From assembly GCF_006345805.1 (NCBI RefSeq), contig NC_043004.1:79918001-79982000 (forward strand): a stretch of DNA of 64,000 nucleotides, written 5' to 3'. The DNA comes from Octopus sinensis. Taxonomy: Eukaryota. How positions within the stretch are numbered: position 1 is the first letter of the stretch; every line of letters begins with the position of its first letter. The notes under the pieces were generated by a model, which worked only from the letters and a program-made list of their open reading frames with translations, was not told the origin of the DNA and ran no database searches. The translations under genes were made by a program, and so were the position numbers. Of the stretch, positions 51,542-63,242 are shown piece after piece.

Positions 51542-52546
51542 GTATCAACCCTGGAAGGGTTGCGAGGCAGAGTTGACCTTGGCTGAATTTGAACTCACAA
51601 CGTAGAGACTGGCAAAATGCCCTCAAGCATTTTTCCCAGCATGCTAAAAATTCAGCCAGCTCAACGCCTCCAGCCATTAGATAATTATAAAACAAAAATT
51701 TAATTAATTATGGCTGGTGATTAAAGATTTTGATCAATTTTTAAATTACCTCAAGATGAGATATTTTATATTCATAGTAAAACAACAACAGCAGTAACAA
51801 CAACAACACCAAGATAGATAACATAATTTGCTGGAAATTTCGGTTACTAAAACATATGGCACATGTCTGAGAGCTTCAACTTGTCTTTGTTTTGTTGGGG
51901 TTTTTTTTTGTTTTTTTTTTTTGCTTTACATGTTTCTAACTTCATGATTATTGTTTAAGAGGATTAATGATTTAACTGATTAAGATAAGCGGGTTTTATT
52001 TTGTATGATGCATTCAAGTTCAGACTATATCTGGTTTATACTGGAGAATTATTCAAACCTTTATATAATGAAATTTCCAGTCAACCTTCTGTTATTATCA
52101 TCACCACCACCACCACCATCACCATCATCATCATCATCATCATCAACAACAAGGACAATTCCCTTCTAATGCTGATTGTTGTCATCAGCCACTTAACATT
52201 TATTTCTCCATACTGTCGTCTTAGATTGGACATATTCCTTCAGCAGCTTATCCTCCTGTCATTTTTATTCTCTTTAATCTCTTCGGTGAGACATCAGCTT
52301 TTTCAGGATATGTCATAATCATTTGGTCACAAATCTCCATTCATTCTACCTATGTCCGTTGCCCTCCACTGCCTCCTGCTACAACCATTCAATGTCATCA
52401 TCAACGTCATCATCATCATCATCGTCATCATCATCATTTTTAATGTCCATCTTCCTATGCTTGCATGGATTGGATGGAATTTGTTCAGGTAGCTTTTCTT
52501 CAGCTGCATGCTCTACCTGTCACCAACCCTCACCTGCTTCCAAGCA

Positions 52547-52888
52547 AAGTAGTGGAGGGGTGATTCATTCAAGCCTTGGAGGTGGTGCTCCAGAATGGCT
52601 GCTGTCCAATAACTGAAACAAGTGGAAGATAAAAGATAATGCCCAACAATGCTTAGAAATGGTCAATCAGTGGAAGACTGATTTATGTATAAGATAAACG
52701 TTGGTATTGTATCGAGTGTCAAACTGGGTGGGCTTTTCTGGAGTGTCTTTTTATTTATACTTATTTGCAAAGTTATCTTTGATCCATTAGATAATAATGG
52801 TTTCAAATTTTGGCACAAGGTCTGCAGTTTTTTGATGGGAGGGAGTTAAGTGAATTAGACCATCCCCAGTATTCAACAGGTACTTACC
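52547..52888 (+). repeat. Inserted copy of the ~343-bp duplication, splitting a family F element
   Basis: The host repeat stops at ...cacctgcttccaagca and resumes at tggccagacatg. Confidence 0.9.
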
Positions 52889-54918
52889 TGGCCAGACATG
52901 TTTTTATGGAAGATTGAAAACAAAGAACTCTGCTTGCATGACAGGGACACATATTTATAACTATCATATGACGTTCAGACAAAGAGAGTGTGTATGCAAG
53001 CATACATACTCTCTCTCATTCATCACATATACACACACATTTCGTGATATAGTATGAAGTGGTGCATGATTCCAGAATTTGGTTTGACTTCATTATTACA
53101 ATTCACACACACACACACACATATGGTGCTGGTGACATGTATAAAAAGCACCCAGTGCACTTTGTAAAATGGTTGGTGTTAGGAAGGGCATTCTGCTGTA
53201 AAAACCCTGTCAAAAGCAAACAGTGGAGCTTGGCACAGCCCTCCAGCTTGCCAATTTGGAAGATGGACATTAAATCAGGACGATGATGGTACTTTATAAT
53301 TATTCTCTCTTCTGTGTGTCTATCTTGTTGGGTGGTTGGTGATAGGAAGGGCATCCAGCTGTAAAAACCATGTCAAAACAGACACAGGAGCTTGGTTCAG
53401 GCTCTTTCCTGGCTGGCTCCTGTCAAACCATCGAACCCATACCAGTATGGAAGGCGGATGTTAAATGATGATAATGTTGTACGTATATATATATAGCAGA
53501 GCATGGCTGTGTGGCTGAGAAGTTTGTTCTGGGTTCAATCCCACTGCATGGCACCTCGGGAAAGTGTTTTCTACTCTAGCCCTGGCTTAACTTAAGCTTT
53601 GTGAATGGATTTGATTATGGAAACTGAAAGAAGCCTGTTGTGTATATGTGCGTGTGTGTGTGTCCTTGTGTTGACATCCTGTGATAATCGTAAGTGATCA
53701 TCACTGCCACGCAAGCAGTGTCATCCATTTCCAGTCTTCCATGAAAACATGTCTGGGCATGAGGATATATTACCTCACTTGGAAACAGGTGGAAGCTGGT
53801 GACAGGAAAGGCATCCAACCACAGGAAATCTGCCTCTACTAATTCCATCCGACCCCTGAAGGCATGGAGAAGTAGATATTAAAGTGACGATGAAGAGGAG
53901 GAAGAGGATTTTTGGCATGATTTCTACAGCTGGATAAGCCTCCTCTCATCAGCCATTTAATAAACTGTACTTGATGCTCCTCATCATGGCACTGACAGTA
54001 GAAAGACTGCATTAAAATGGTACACAACCTTATTGATTCCAGTAAATATAATAAAACAAAATGGAATTAAAAACATTTTATATAGAATCATATTCTGTTT
54101 ATTATTAATGTTTCTTGATATATTTAAATCTTATTTTCTTCACCCCCACCCACCCTTTGTTTTCCCATTCCAAGAAATTCAGACTTAGCAAGAACAGTTC
54201 CTTTAAATTCTGGACATTTTTCTCTTTCTTTCTCTACAACTATTGGGTCTTTTTTGTGTTTGTTTGTTTTGTTCTGCTTTTCATGTGACTCATTCTCATC
54301 TCAGATTTTCTTTCGCTATTCGAACCTCTGCCTGGATTTACTTTGCTAAGTAAATAAATAAATAAATAAATAAATAAGTCAATCTTAAGCTTATTGATTT
54401 CATCTTCGTCTGATGTTCAGATTTAAAGTGTTTAAAGATAAACTTTTGCTGCTTTCAACAACGAATTATAATAAAATATTATCATCATAACCATCATTAT
54501 TATTATTGTTGTTGCTATTGTTGTTTTATTACTGATGTTGCTGTAATAAATGTCATGAACTTTTACATACAGTCTCCATCTTGAAATTTCCAAGATAAAA
54601 AAATATATATATGAAGGAAAGATTGATTTCAAAATTATTTAGTCAAAAATCAATTATCTATTAAATATCAATTGAAATAAGGTTATGAAACAACTGTAAC
54701 AAAAAAGAAATTTAGGAACTGCTTTAGATGAAAATCCTTAAGTTATGAACTTTGTTGGAAATAATCAGTAACTATTATTTCATTCTGTTTATGAAGCATT
54801 AATAAACCCAGGAGGTTTAGCTGTAAAAGATTAAAGGTTAATATATTATGTTGGGAAAAAGATAAGTTTTATTTTTTAAAAAAAGGTTTATTTTTTGATG
54901 TGTAAACACTACAGTTAA

Positions 54919-55457
54919 CCCTTTTGATTCCAATTCATCTGAAGTTGCTCCTGATTCTATGATACAAACTTCTTGTTTTATGGTGATCTAAATTTAAACC
55001 TTCCATCAAAATTCTATGTTAATTTGTTCCAAATACCAGTTTGATAATATGAAGGGTATCTTACTAAATTCTTCATTATTCTAAAAATTAGTTGAAGCAA
55101 AAGTAATATATTTATTTGCAGAAATATGGTAACAAAAGGGTTAAAGTGATCTAAATTTAAATTTCCTATCAGAACTTCTCGTTAATTAATGTTACAAACA
55201 CAATATTGATAATGACAGGTATTTTATTAAATTCTTCATTACTTTTAACTGAGGCAGTGTATTTCAATAGGAATATGGTAACAAAAGGGTTAAAGTGATC
55301 TAAATTTAAATTTCCCATTAAAACTTCATGTTAATTTATGTTCCAAACACCAACTTAATAACGACAAATTTATTTTACCAAATTTTTCATTATTTTCCAA
55401 ATTAATTGAAACAAATGCAGTGTAATTCATCAAAAATATATTAACAAAAAAGATTAA
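54919..55457. mobile_element. piggyBac-type MITE followed by two tandem copies of its terminal ~150 bp
   Basis: TTAA|CCCTTTTG start; ggtaacaaaaggg|ttaa|agtgatctaaatttaaa recurs at 55128-55161 and 55277-55310; the third end is degenerate at about 55457. Confidence 0.75.
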
Positions 55458-55474
55458 AATGTATATACATGGGG

Positions 55475-55810
55475 TCATATATCTACATCGAATGATGCTT
55501 TTTACATGCCACTGGCATAGGTCCATTAAGCCAGCACTGGCATCTGCCACATTTGAATGGTGCTTTTTACATACCACCGGCACAGGAGCCAGTCAGGCGG
55601 CACTGGCAATAATCACACTTGAATGGTGCTTTTCACATGCCACCAGCACGGGACCAGTCAGGCAGCACTGGCATTGATCATGCGCGAATGGTAATTTTTA
55701 CATGCTACTGGTACAGAACCCGTCAGTCGGCACTGGCATCGACCATGCTCAAATGGTGCTTTTTACATGTCACTGGCACAGGTGCCAATCAGGTGGTATT
55801 GTCATCGGCC
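55475..55810 (-). repeat. Tandem ~60-bp units of family B internal repeat
   Basis: Five to six gaatggtgctttttacatgcca...ggcactggca units. Confidence 0.75.
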
Positions 55811-56752
55811 ACAACAACAATTTCACTTGCCTCATTTTATATATATATATACAAACACACACACACACACTAATGTCAATTTATGTAATGCCTTTAACAT
55901 ACTAGTTACTTGTGGTGGAATGGAAAAAGGGACACCAAATACTTTTCAGTATTGGGTGATGATCCTTTATCTTCAGTGTTCAAATCCCACCAGTTTAACT
56001 TTTCCTTTCATCCCACCAAGGGTGATAAAAAGGCAAATTTTATTTACATCCCTAAATTATATCCTAGATGTGAATGGAATTATTATAAAAAATTGAATTA
56101 AAATAAAGATCACTACATTAAAACTTTTTATATTTGTCCATTGTTTAGTAATTATTATTGTTATTATTATTGTTATTATTATTATTATTATTATTATTTC
56201 CAATCCTATCTATGTCCTTCCTCCCTCTTGTCTCTAATTGCCCCTTTTTAAAATCCGTTGTTTTCTTTTCTGTTACATCCCCCTTCATTTCTATGTTAGA
56301 TAAAAAGGGATTAGCTTAATACTGCTAATACAGCTATACAGTTAATCTTCATGAGTCATTATTTTCATGAATTAAATGAAACTCAATTTATAAATATATT
56401 TTTTATCTTTTTTTTTACATGTTTTAAGTCATTGCACTGTGGCCATACTGGGGCACCACCTTGAAGGGTTTAGACAAACAAATTGAATCCAGTGTTTTTT
56501 TTTTTATTTTCTGTTGATCTCACATCCACTCTCAATACTTTTATTGGCTTGGGGCTGTAGTAGAAGACACTTGCCCAAGATTCCATGCAGTAGGACTGAA
56601 CCCAAAACTACACAAACATCTTAACCATGCAACCACACCTGCACTTGGCAGTGCTCATTCAGAGTCAGAACCTGATGATGATGATGATGATGATGAAATA
56701 TATAAATAAATAGTAAGACCATCAAAGTAAAATAAGGAAAGAAAATATGTGT

Positions 56753-57178
56753 AGGCATAGGAGTGGCTGTGTGGTAAGTTTCTTGCTTATGAACCACACG
56801 GACGGGTTCAGTCCTACTGCATGATACCTTGGGCAAGTGTCTTCTACTATAGTCTCGGGCTGACCAAAGCCTTGTGAGTGGATTTGGTAGACAGAAACTG
56901 AAAGAATCCTGTCGTATGTATGAGTGTGTTTATATATATATTGGTGGAAGTATGTGTGTGTGTACATGTTTGTGTGTCTGTATTTGTCCCCCCCCCCAAC
57001 ATTGCCTGACAACTGATGCTGGTGTGTTTACGTCCCTGTAAGTTAGCGGCTCAGCAAAACAGACTGATAGAATAAGTACTAGGCTTACAAAGAATAAGTC
57101 TGGGGTTGATTTGCTCAACAAAAGGCAGTGCTCCAGCATGGCCACAGTCAAATGACTGAAACAAGTAAAAAAGTAAAA
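56753..57178 (+). mobile_element. Family C SINE, full length
   Basis: Head, TG hinge and tail gctccagcatggccacagtcaaatgactgaaacaagtaaaa; ends about 320 bp upstream of the MYO7A exon. Confidence 0.88.
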
Positions 57179-57499
57179 TATGCATTGAATATTTTGATCT
57201 TCTACAGACATTGACTCAGCTTTTCGTTCTTGTTGATGATTTTTGAGATAAAACCAAACTAATCCATATTTGAAAAAGCAAGATAAAAACAGCAGCTGTT
57301 CTTTAATTCCTTATTAGAAGAACGAGGTCTTAAAATTTGTGAGCAAATTTTTAGGTTTTGTTTGAAAAGCTTTGATTTTTTTTTTTTATGGTTATCAATG
57401 CCTTTTCTGGAAGAAATCTCTTTTTTTTTACCAGGAAAACCCTGCAAAAAAGATTGAAAGTAGATGATTTAAACTATAAGTTATGTTTTGTTCTTGCAG

Positions 57500-57613
57500 G
57501 GAGATCATGTGTGGCTGGAGCCAAAGACCAAAGAAGAATTTTCTGTGGCCATTGGTGCCAAGGTGAAATTTACAGAGTCTGGAAGAGTTCTTGTTGTCGA
57601 TGACGATGGGAAA
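57500..57613 (+). CDS. MYO7A: Myosin VIIa second coding exon (N-terminal SH3-like region), GDHVWLEPKTKEEFSVAIGAKVKFTESGRVLVVDDDGK
   Basis: 114-nt phase 0/0 exon between ttgcag and gtaaga. Aligns with human [38 protein letters not shown] (also 38 aa) and fly [22 protein letters not shown]. Absent from the ORF track because it has no ATG start. Confidence 0.96.
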
Positions 57614-58810
57614 GTAAGAATTTTGCTTTACAACATTCTTTTCTTTTGCCCTTTTAATTGTTAAAGATTTAACTAACATAACTGTGATTGCCTTTTACAG
57701 GAAAATTACACACCCAACACCAAATATTCTTCAAATTTTTATAACAAGATTGTTCTGAATTGCACAACTTATGTATACTTATGTTTTTTAAGTGTTCAGT
57801 ATGTGTTTGCTGGAAGGTCTCTTAGGCCTTCCAACAAACTCTCTCATTATTGGAGTACTCTAGGATTTATTGTGACTTGTTATTGGTGGATAATTTACTC
57901 CATGGTTTTATCATAATAATTTTAACAACTAATCTGTCCCTCTGTCAACTTATCCATATGCCTATCTAACCGTATGTCTGTCAATCTATATTTGTCCAGC
58001 TCAATATCTCAGTTTATCTGTCTGTGCTTCTCTATAAATATCTATATCTACCAATCTGACTATGTTTCTCTATGTCTTCCTATCTATCTACCTATTTATC
58101 TCTCTCCCTCTCTCCCTCTCTCTTTGTGTAACTGTCTGTCGGCTCATCTATCGGCTCTCTTTTTCCGTTTTCTTTTCTCTTACATCTCTAAGAATTATCA
58201 CTAATGTACCATTGTGGACATTTACTTGAAAGAAAAATCTTCTAAAACGTAAAACACACAACGACTGTCTGCTATTCTAAGTTGACTCATTTCCATTCTA
58301 TTTTCGTTCACAACATTCTCTTCTGTATTTCCCAGTGATTGTTTATTTAACTAACTCCTTGGTCCACTCTCCCCTCTGGTCTGACCATCTCTGACCACTT
58401 CTGCTATCTTTACCCCTCATGCTTTCTTTCCTCTTCCTCTCTCTTCCTATATCTCTCCCTTCTCTCTCTTCCACCTCTCTCCCTCTCCACCATTCTACTG
58501 TATCTCTCTTACCACTCTTGAGATCTCTCTCTCAGCTACACTTCCTTTGCATAAAGTTTTTCTTCTTTTTCAAGCTACGAAATAAATAAATAATTAAATA
58601 GACAAATAAATAAATAACAGAAGTAGCGGTGGAGAGAGAGGGGTGGTGGTGGTGGTGGTGGTAAACTAATATTAGCCTTGAGAAATTCAGAAAGAAAGCT
58701 ATTAATTATTGTTTTTTATTCTAAGCAGACTGAGAATTATTCTTTAGAAAACAACATGTGAGAAAAGTCTCTGTTTAGTTTATTACCTATCTTATTTTAG
58801 GTTTAACTCT

Positions 58811-59078
58811 ATGCATACACACACACACACGTTAATTTATATACACACACACACACATGCACATGAATTTATATACACACACACGCACATTAATTTGTGT
58901 ATACACACACACACTCACTCTCATCACCATTGCGCACATACCATCTCACACACACTCATATACATACACATACATGCCTACACGCCCTCACACACACTCA
59001 TGAGCACACAAATGCATACACACACATACACATGTATATACATGTTCAAAGTTGCACACACATACACACATACATATA

Positions 59079-59110
<32 letters not shown>

Positions 59111-59280
59111 CACACATACACACACACATGCATATGCACATAATTACATATGCAGAAATACATACTCATATATGTACACACACACACACACATATATATA
59201 CACACACACACACACATTCATTTACTCTTACACAAACACAGACATTTGCTCTCACTTACTCATTCACACACACACACACC
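58811..59280. repeat. Degenerate (CA/TA)n tract
   Basis: Visible low-complexity repeat. Confidence 0.93.
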
Positions 59281-59587
59281 ATTCCAAGCAGTCAATAGCT
59301 TATTTCTATTGTGGCTAAAAGTGTTTATTTAACAAGGTTTTGCTCAATGCTTATTTACCGAGTGTTTATTTACCAATTTACATTAAGCTTCCATTCCTTT
59401 AATTAATATCCTTTCAATGGAGAAGTTTAATTTTCCTTCAGCATTGTAACATTTCGGTGCATATTTTACATTCATAAAATTTATATCCTTCTTACGTAGT
59501 GTTTACAGACTTAGAGACCAAACTCTTGTGATTTGGTAAACAGAAACTGAAAGAAGCCTGTCATATATATATATATATATATAGTCT

Positions 59588-60075
59588 CGTAAAAGCACCA
59601 TCCGTTCGTGGCCGTTTGCCAGCTCTGTCTGGCCCCGTGTCGGTGGCACGTAAAAGCACCATCCGTTCGTGTCCGTTGCCAGCCTCGGCTGGCCCCCGTG
59701 CCGGTGACACGTAAAAGCACCATCCGCTCGTGGCCGTTTGCCAGCTCTGTCTGGCAACCGTGTCGGTGGCACGTAAAAGCACCATCCGTTCACGTCCGTT
59801 GCCAGCATCACCTGGCCCCGTGCCGGTGACACGCAAAAGCACCATCCGTTCGTGGCCGTTCGCCAGCTCTGTCTGGCACCTGTGCAGGTGGCACGTAAAA
59901 AACACCCACTACACTCGTGGAGTGGTTGGCGTTAGGAAGGGCATCCAGCTGTAGAAACACTGCCAGATCTGACTGGGCCTGACGAAGCCTTCCAGCTTCA
60001 CAGACCCCAGTTGACCCGTCCAACCCATGCTAGCATGGAAAGCGGACGCTAAACGATGATGATGATGATGATGAT
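59588..60075 (+). mobile_element. Young family B element with five ~60-bp internal tandem units
   Basis: CpG-rich aaaagcaccatccgttcgt...ggcacgt units at about 59591-59897, then the core and (GAT)n tail. Confidence 0.9.
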
Positions 60076-60486
60076 GAGGGCTGTAAAAGCCATGTACAGG
60101 GATGGTGTCAGTAAGGTGAAGGTTGGCAATAAGTACAGTGAAGAATTCTGGGATCTCAGCCCCTTCTTATTCATCATAGTCCTCCAGGCAATAACAAACG
60201 AATTCAAGACAGGATGTCCCTGGGAGCTTCTTTATGATAATGATCTTGCTCTAATTGCTGAGTCACTATCAGAACTAGAGAAGTTTCAGGTGTGGAAGCA
60301 GGGATTAGAATCGAAGGGCCTTAGTCAACCTAGCAAAAACCTAAGTCTTAATAAGTAGGAAGGCAGATAAACTACAAATCCCTTCGGGTAGATGGCCTTG
60401 CTCAATCTGTAGAAAAGGTATAGGTAGAAACTCCATAAGATGTACCCAGTGTAAGCTATGGACACATAGGAGGTGCAGCAATGTCA
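60074..60486 (+). mobile_element. RTEX-type LINE internal fragment (RT motifs plus Cys/His finger)
   Basis: RAVKAMYRDGVSKVKVGNKYSEEF..LSPFLFIIVLQAITNEFKTGCPWELLYDNDLALIAES (YADD-equivalent), then after frameshifts VNLAKT...GRWPCSICRKGIGRNSIRCTQCKLWTHRRCS. Confidence 0.88.
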
Positions 60487-60587
60487 GTGCGTAACTGGTA
60501 CTTAATTTATCGACCCTGAAAGGATGAAAGGCAAAGTCAGCCTTGGCGGATATTTGAACTCAGAACGTAGCGGCAGACGAAATGTCT

Positions 60588-60816
60588 AATTCTTTTCTAC
60601 CCGCAAGGGGCTAAACACAGAAAGGACAAACAAGGACAGACAAATGGATTAAGTCGATTATATCGACCCCAGTGCGTAACTGGTACTTATTTAATCGACC
60701 CCGAAAGGATGAAAGGCAAAGTGGACCTCGGTGGAATTTGAACTCAGAACGTAATGGCAGATGAAATATGGCTACGCATTTCGTCCGGCGTGCTAACGTT
60801 TCTGCCACCTCGCCAC
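60588..60816 (-). mobile_element. Family A SINE, near intact (partial second copy at 60487-60585)
   Basis: Reverse complement of the 326-556 consensus. Confidence 0.88.
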
Positions 60817-61187
60817 CAACAAACAGTCCCACCTATGCCAGCATGGAAGGCAGATGTTAACTGATGATGATGATGATGATATATAAAGGCAGGAAATGCT
60901 ACATCTGATGATGAGAAGCAATAGGAACATATAGTTGATACTCAATGTTGTCCTGCTGCTGAAAGCTCCAACTTGAACTACAACTAAAAGCATGGCTGTT
61001 ATGCCTGCCTAATTAATAGTGGATACAGGTAGTCTGTCAACTGAGCATGCACAAGCATAAACGGATAAATGTATAAACAGGTAAAACAAGTAGTATCAAG
61101 TTAGATTGTAACATTTACATAATTCAACATAGTGTTACACAAGAATAGATCATAAGAAAGAAGAAAGTAAATAGTTATGCAGAAAGT

Positions 61188-61280
61188 CCCTTACAGCTGT
61201 TTCAAGAACAGACGTGCAGATGTTGTTCAAAACAGGCTGGAGTTATCCATATATAAGTGATCTATTCCATCATCAGAGGG
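61188..61280 (-). ncRNA. Hammerhead ribozyme motif with enlarged stem II loop
   Basis: Minus strand CCCU-CUGAUGA-UGGAAUAG...CUGUUCUU-GAAAC-AGCU-GUA-AGGG, with palindromic ACAGCUGU stem III. A second CUGAUGA-UGGAAUA half copy lies at about 61301-61316. Confidence 0.6.
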
Positions 61281-61356
61281 AGGATGAGATATAGCAATGA
61301 TTTATTCCATCATCAGAGAAGATGCGAGAACTATTTTATAAAAAAAAAACATTGAT

Positions 61357-61497
61357 TTACTACTACTGTGGATTATAGAGGAAGGCTATTCTTTTAAGCT
61401 ATCATCATCATCATCGTTTAGCGTCCGTTTTCCTAAACGATGATGATGATGATAGCATAAAAGAATAGCCTTCCTCTATAATCCACAGTAGTAGTAA
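61357..61497. repeat. 65-bp inverted repeat with 11-nt spacer
   Basis: Arms 61357-61421 and 61433-61497 differ at 1 position. Confidence 0.95.
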
Positions 61498-62473
61498 TAT
61501 ATGTGTGTGCGTGTGTGTATATATATATATATGCATGTGTGTGTATGTGTGTTATCTCCTTGAACTGATGTGATGGTTGTAAAATCATTTCCCTGTCCTA
61601 TAAGCAGTATTCTTTGTTACCAATCTTCATTGAAAATATATCCAGCTATGGGGAAATTTTGACTTACTTGAAAGCAGGTGCGGGTTAGTGACAGAAAGGG
61701 CATCCAGCCATTGGAAATCCACCTCAACAAATTCCATTGACCCATGAAAGCATGGAGAAATGGATTCTGAAACGATGATGATGATTTCTATTGAGGAGGA
61801 ACACAGTTGTTGATTAAGAAAGTCTAATCACTTAAATTTATGCATCATCTTAATATTCATTCTTCCATGATTGCATGAGTCAGACAGAACTTGATGAAGT
61901 CGACTTTCTGCAATTGGGTACTCTTTCTGTCTCCAACCTTCATTCATCTGCCACTAAGTATGATAATATTTTCCCATGACTGGATATGCTTTTGTTATGA
62001 ATGGGAATTTACCCCCCCACCTCTTATTTAGTGCTTATTCATTTAGAGTCTGATGTCTTTTGAGGAGAGGCACAGAGTTTCAGCTTAATTCTTTAGCATT
62101 TAATCCAGCCATAACCGGCCCAAATATTCTATCTGTTTTATGTTAAAACTGCCCACATAAAAAGCACCTTTCGAGCATTGGTCCTCATAACCAAGACCTT
62201 TGGCAATATGGTATACCTTAGTAGAAGACCCTTCAAACCAAGTGAAATTGTAGTCATGGCAAATACTGGTATCATGCAAATGGCACCCATGCCGGTGGCA
62301 CGTAAAAGCATCTGTTACACTCTCAGAGTGGTTAGTATTGGGAGTGACATCCAGCCATAGAAACCATGCCAAATCAGACTGGAGTCTGGTGCAACCCCTC
62401 AGCTTACCATCCCTAGCAAAACCGTCCAACCCATAGCAGCACGGAAAATGGATGTTTAATGATAATGATGATG

Positions 62474-62483
62474 ATATATATAT

Positions 62484-62528
<45 letters not shown>

Positions 62529-62697
62529 CACACACATATATATACATATATATATATACACATACACACACATATATATACATATATATATACACACACA
62601 CACACACATATATATATACACACACATATATATACACACATATATATATATATACACATATATACACACACATATATACACATATACATATATATAT
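62474..62697. repeat. Compound (TA)n/(CA)n tract
   Basis: Visible low-complexity repeat after a family B tail. Confidence 0.95.
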
Positions 62698-63073
62698 CAT
62701 TCCATTTCATAGTGGTATGAGTTGAATTAGCCTGCAATATTGATATTCCAGATCTTCATTCTGTCCTTGGAATAAATTCTTTTGAAACTCTTGACACTTC
62801 AATAGCAGACCTTCCTGCCTTTCCTAACCTCCTGTTCACCTCTTGATACAACCAGATCTATCAATAGCACAATTATTATACACAATCACCAAACTGAATC
62901 ATGGGAAAATGTTCAGGACATCGATTCAATTGAAGTTCTCTTTCTCTCCCCACCTCTCTCCCCTCTCCCCCTTTCTCTCTCACATACACACAAAGAGAGA
63001 TTAATAGACACTCCTTGAATACCACACTTAATGATGGTTTCTAAGTTTCTATCATTGAAAGACTATCTGCCTA

Positions 63074-63155
<82 letters not shown>

Positions 63156-63242
63156 TATTCGAGACAAAACCACTATTTTGCAAAACAAACAAGGAAAGAC
63201 TTAATTAATACATAAAATTTTAATAAATAGTCAAAAAAACCG

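Noticed and set aside
59585-59900. Regularly spaced ~60-bp GC-rich repeats that superficially resemble a CRISPR array
   Set aside because: The units are tandem, with no unique spacers, lie inside a eukaryotic SINE, and have no cas genes nearby.
60895-60950. ACAU-CUGAUGA-UGAG...CUCA-AUGU, a hammerhead-like 5' half
   Set aside because: The GAAA/GUH half of the core is absent.
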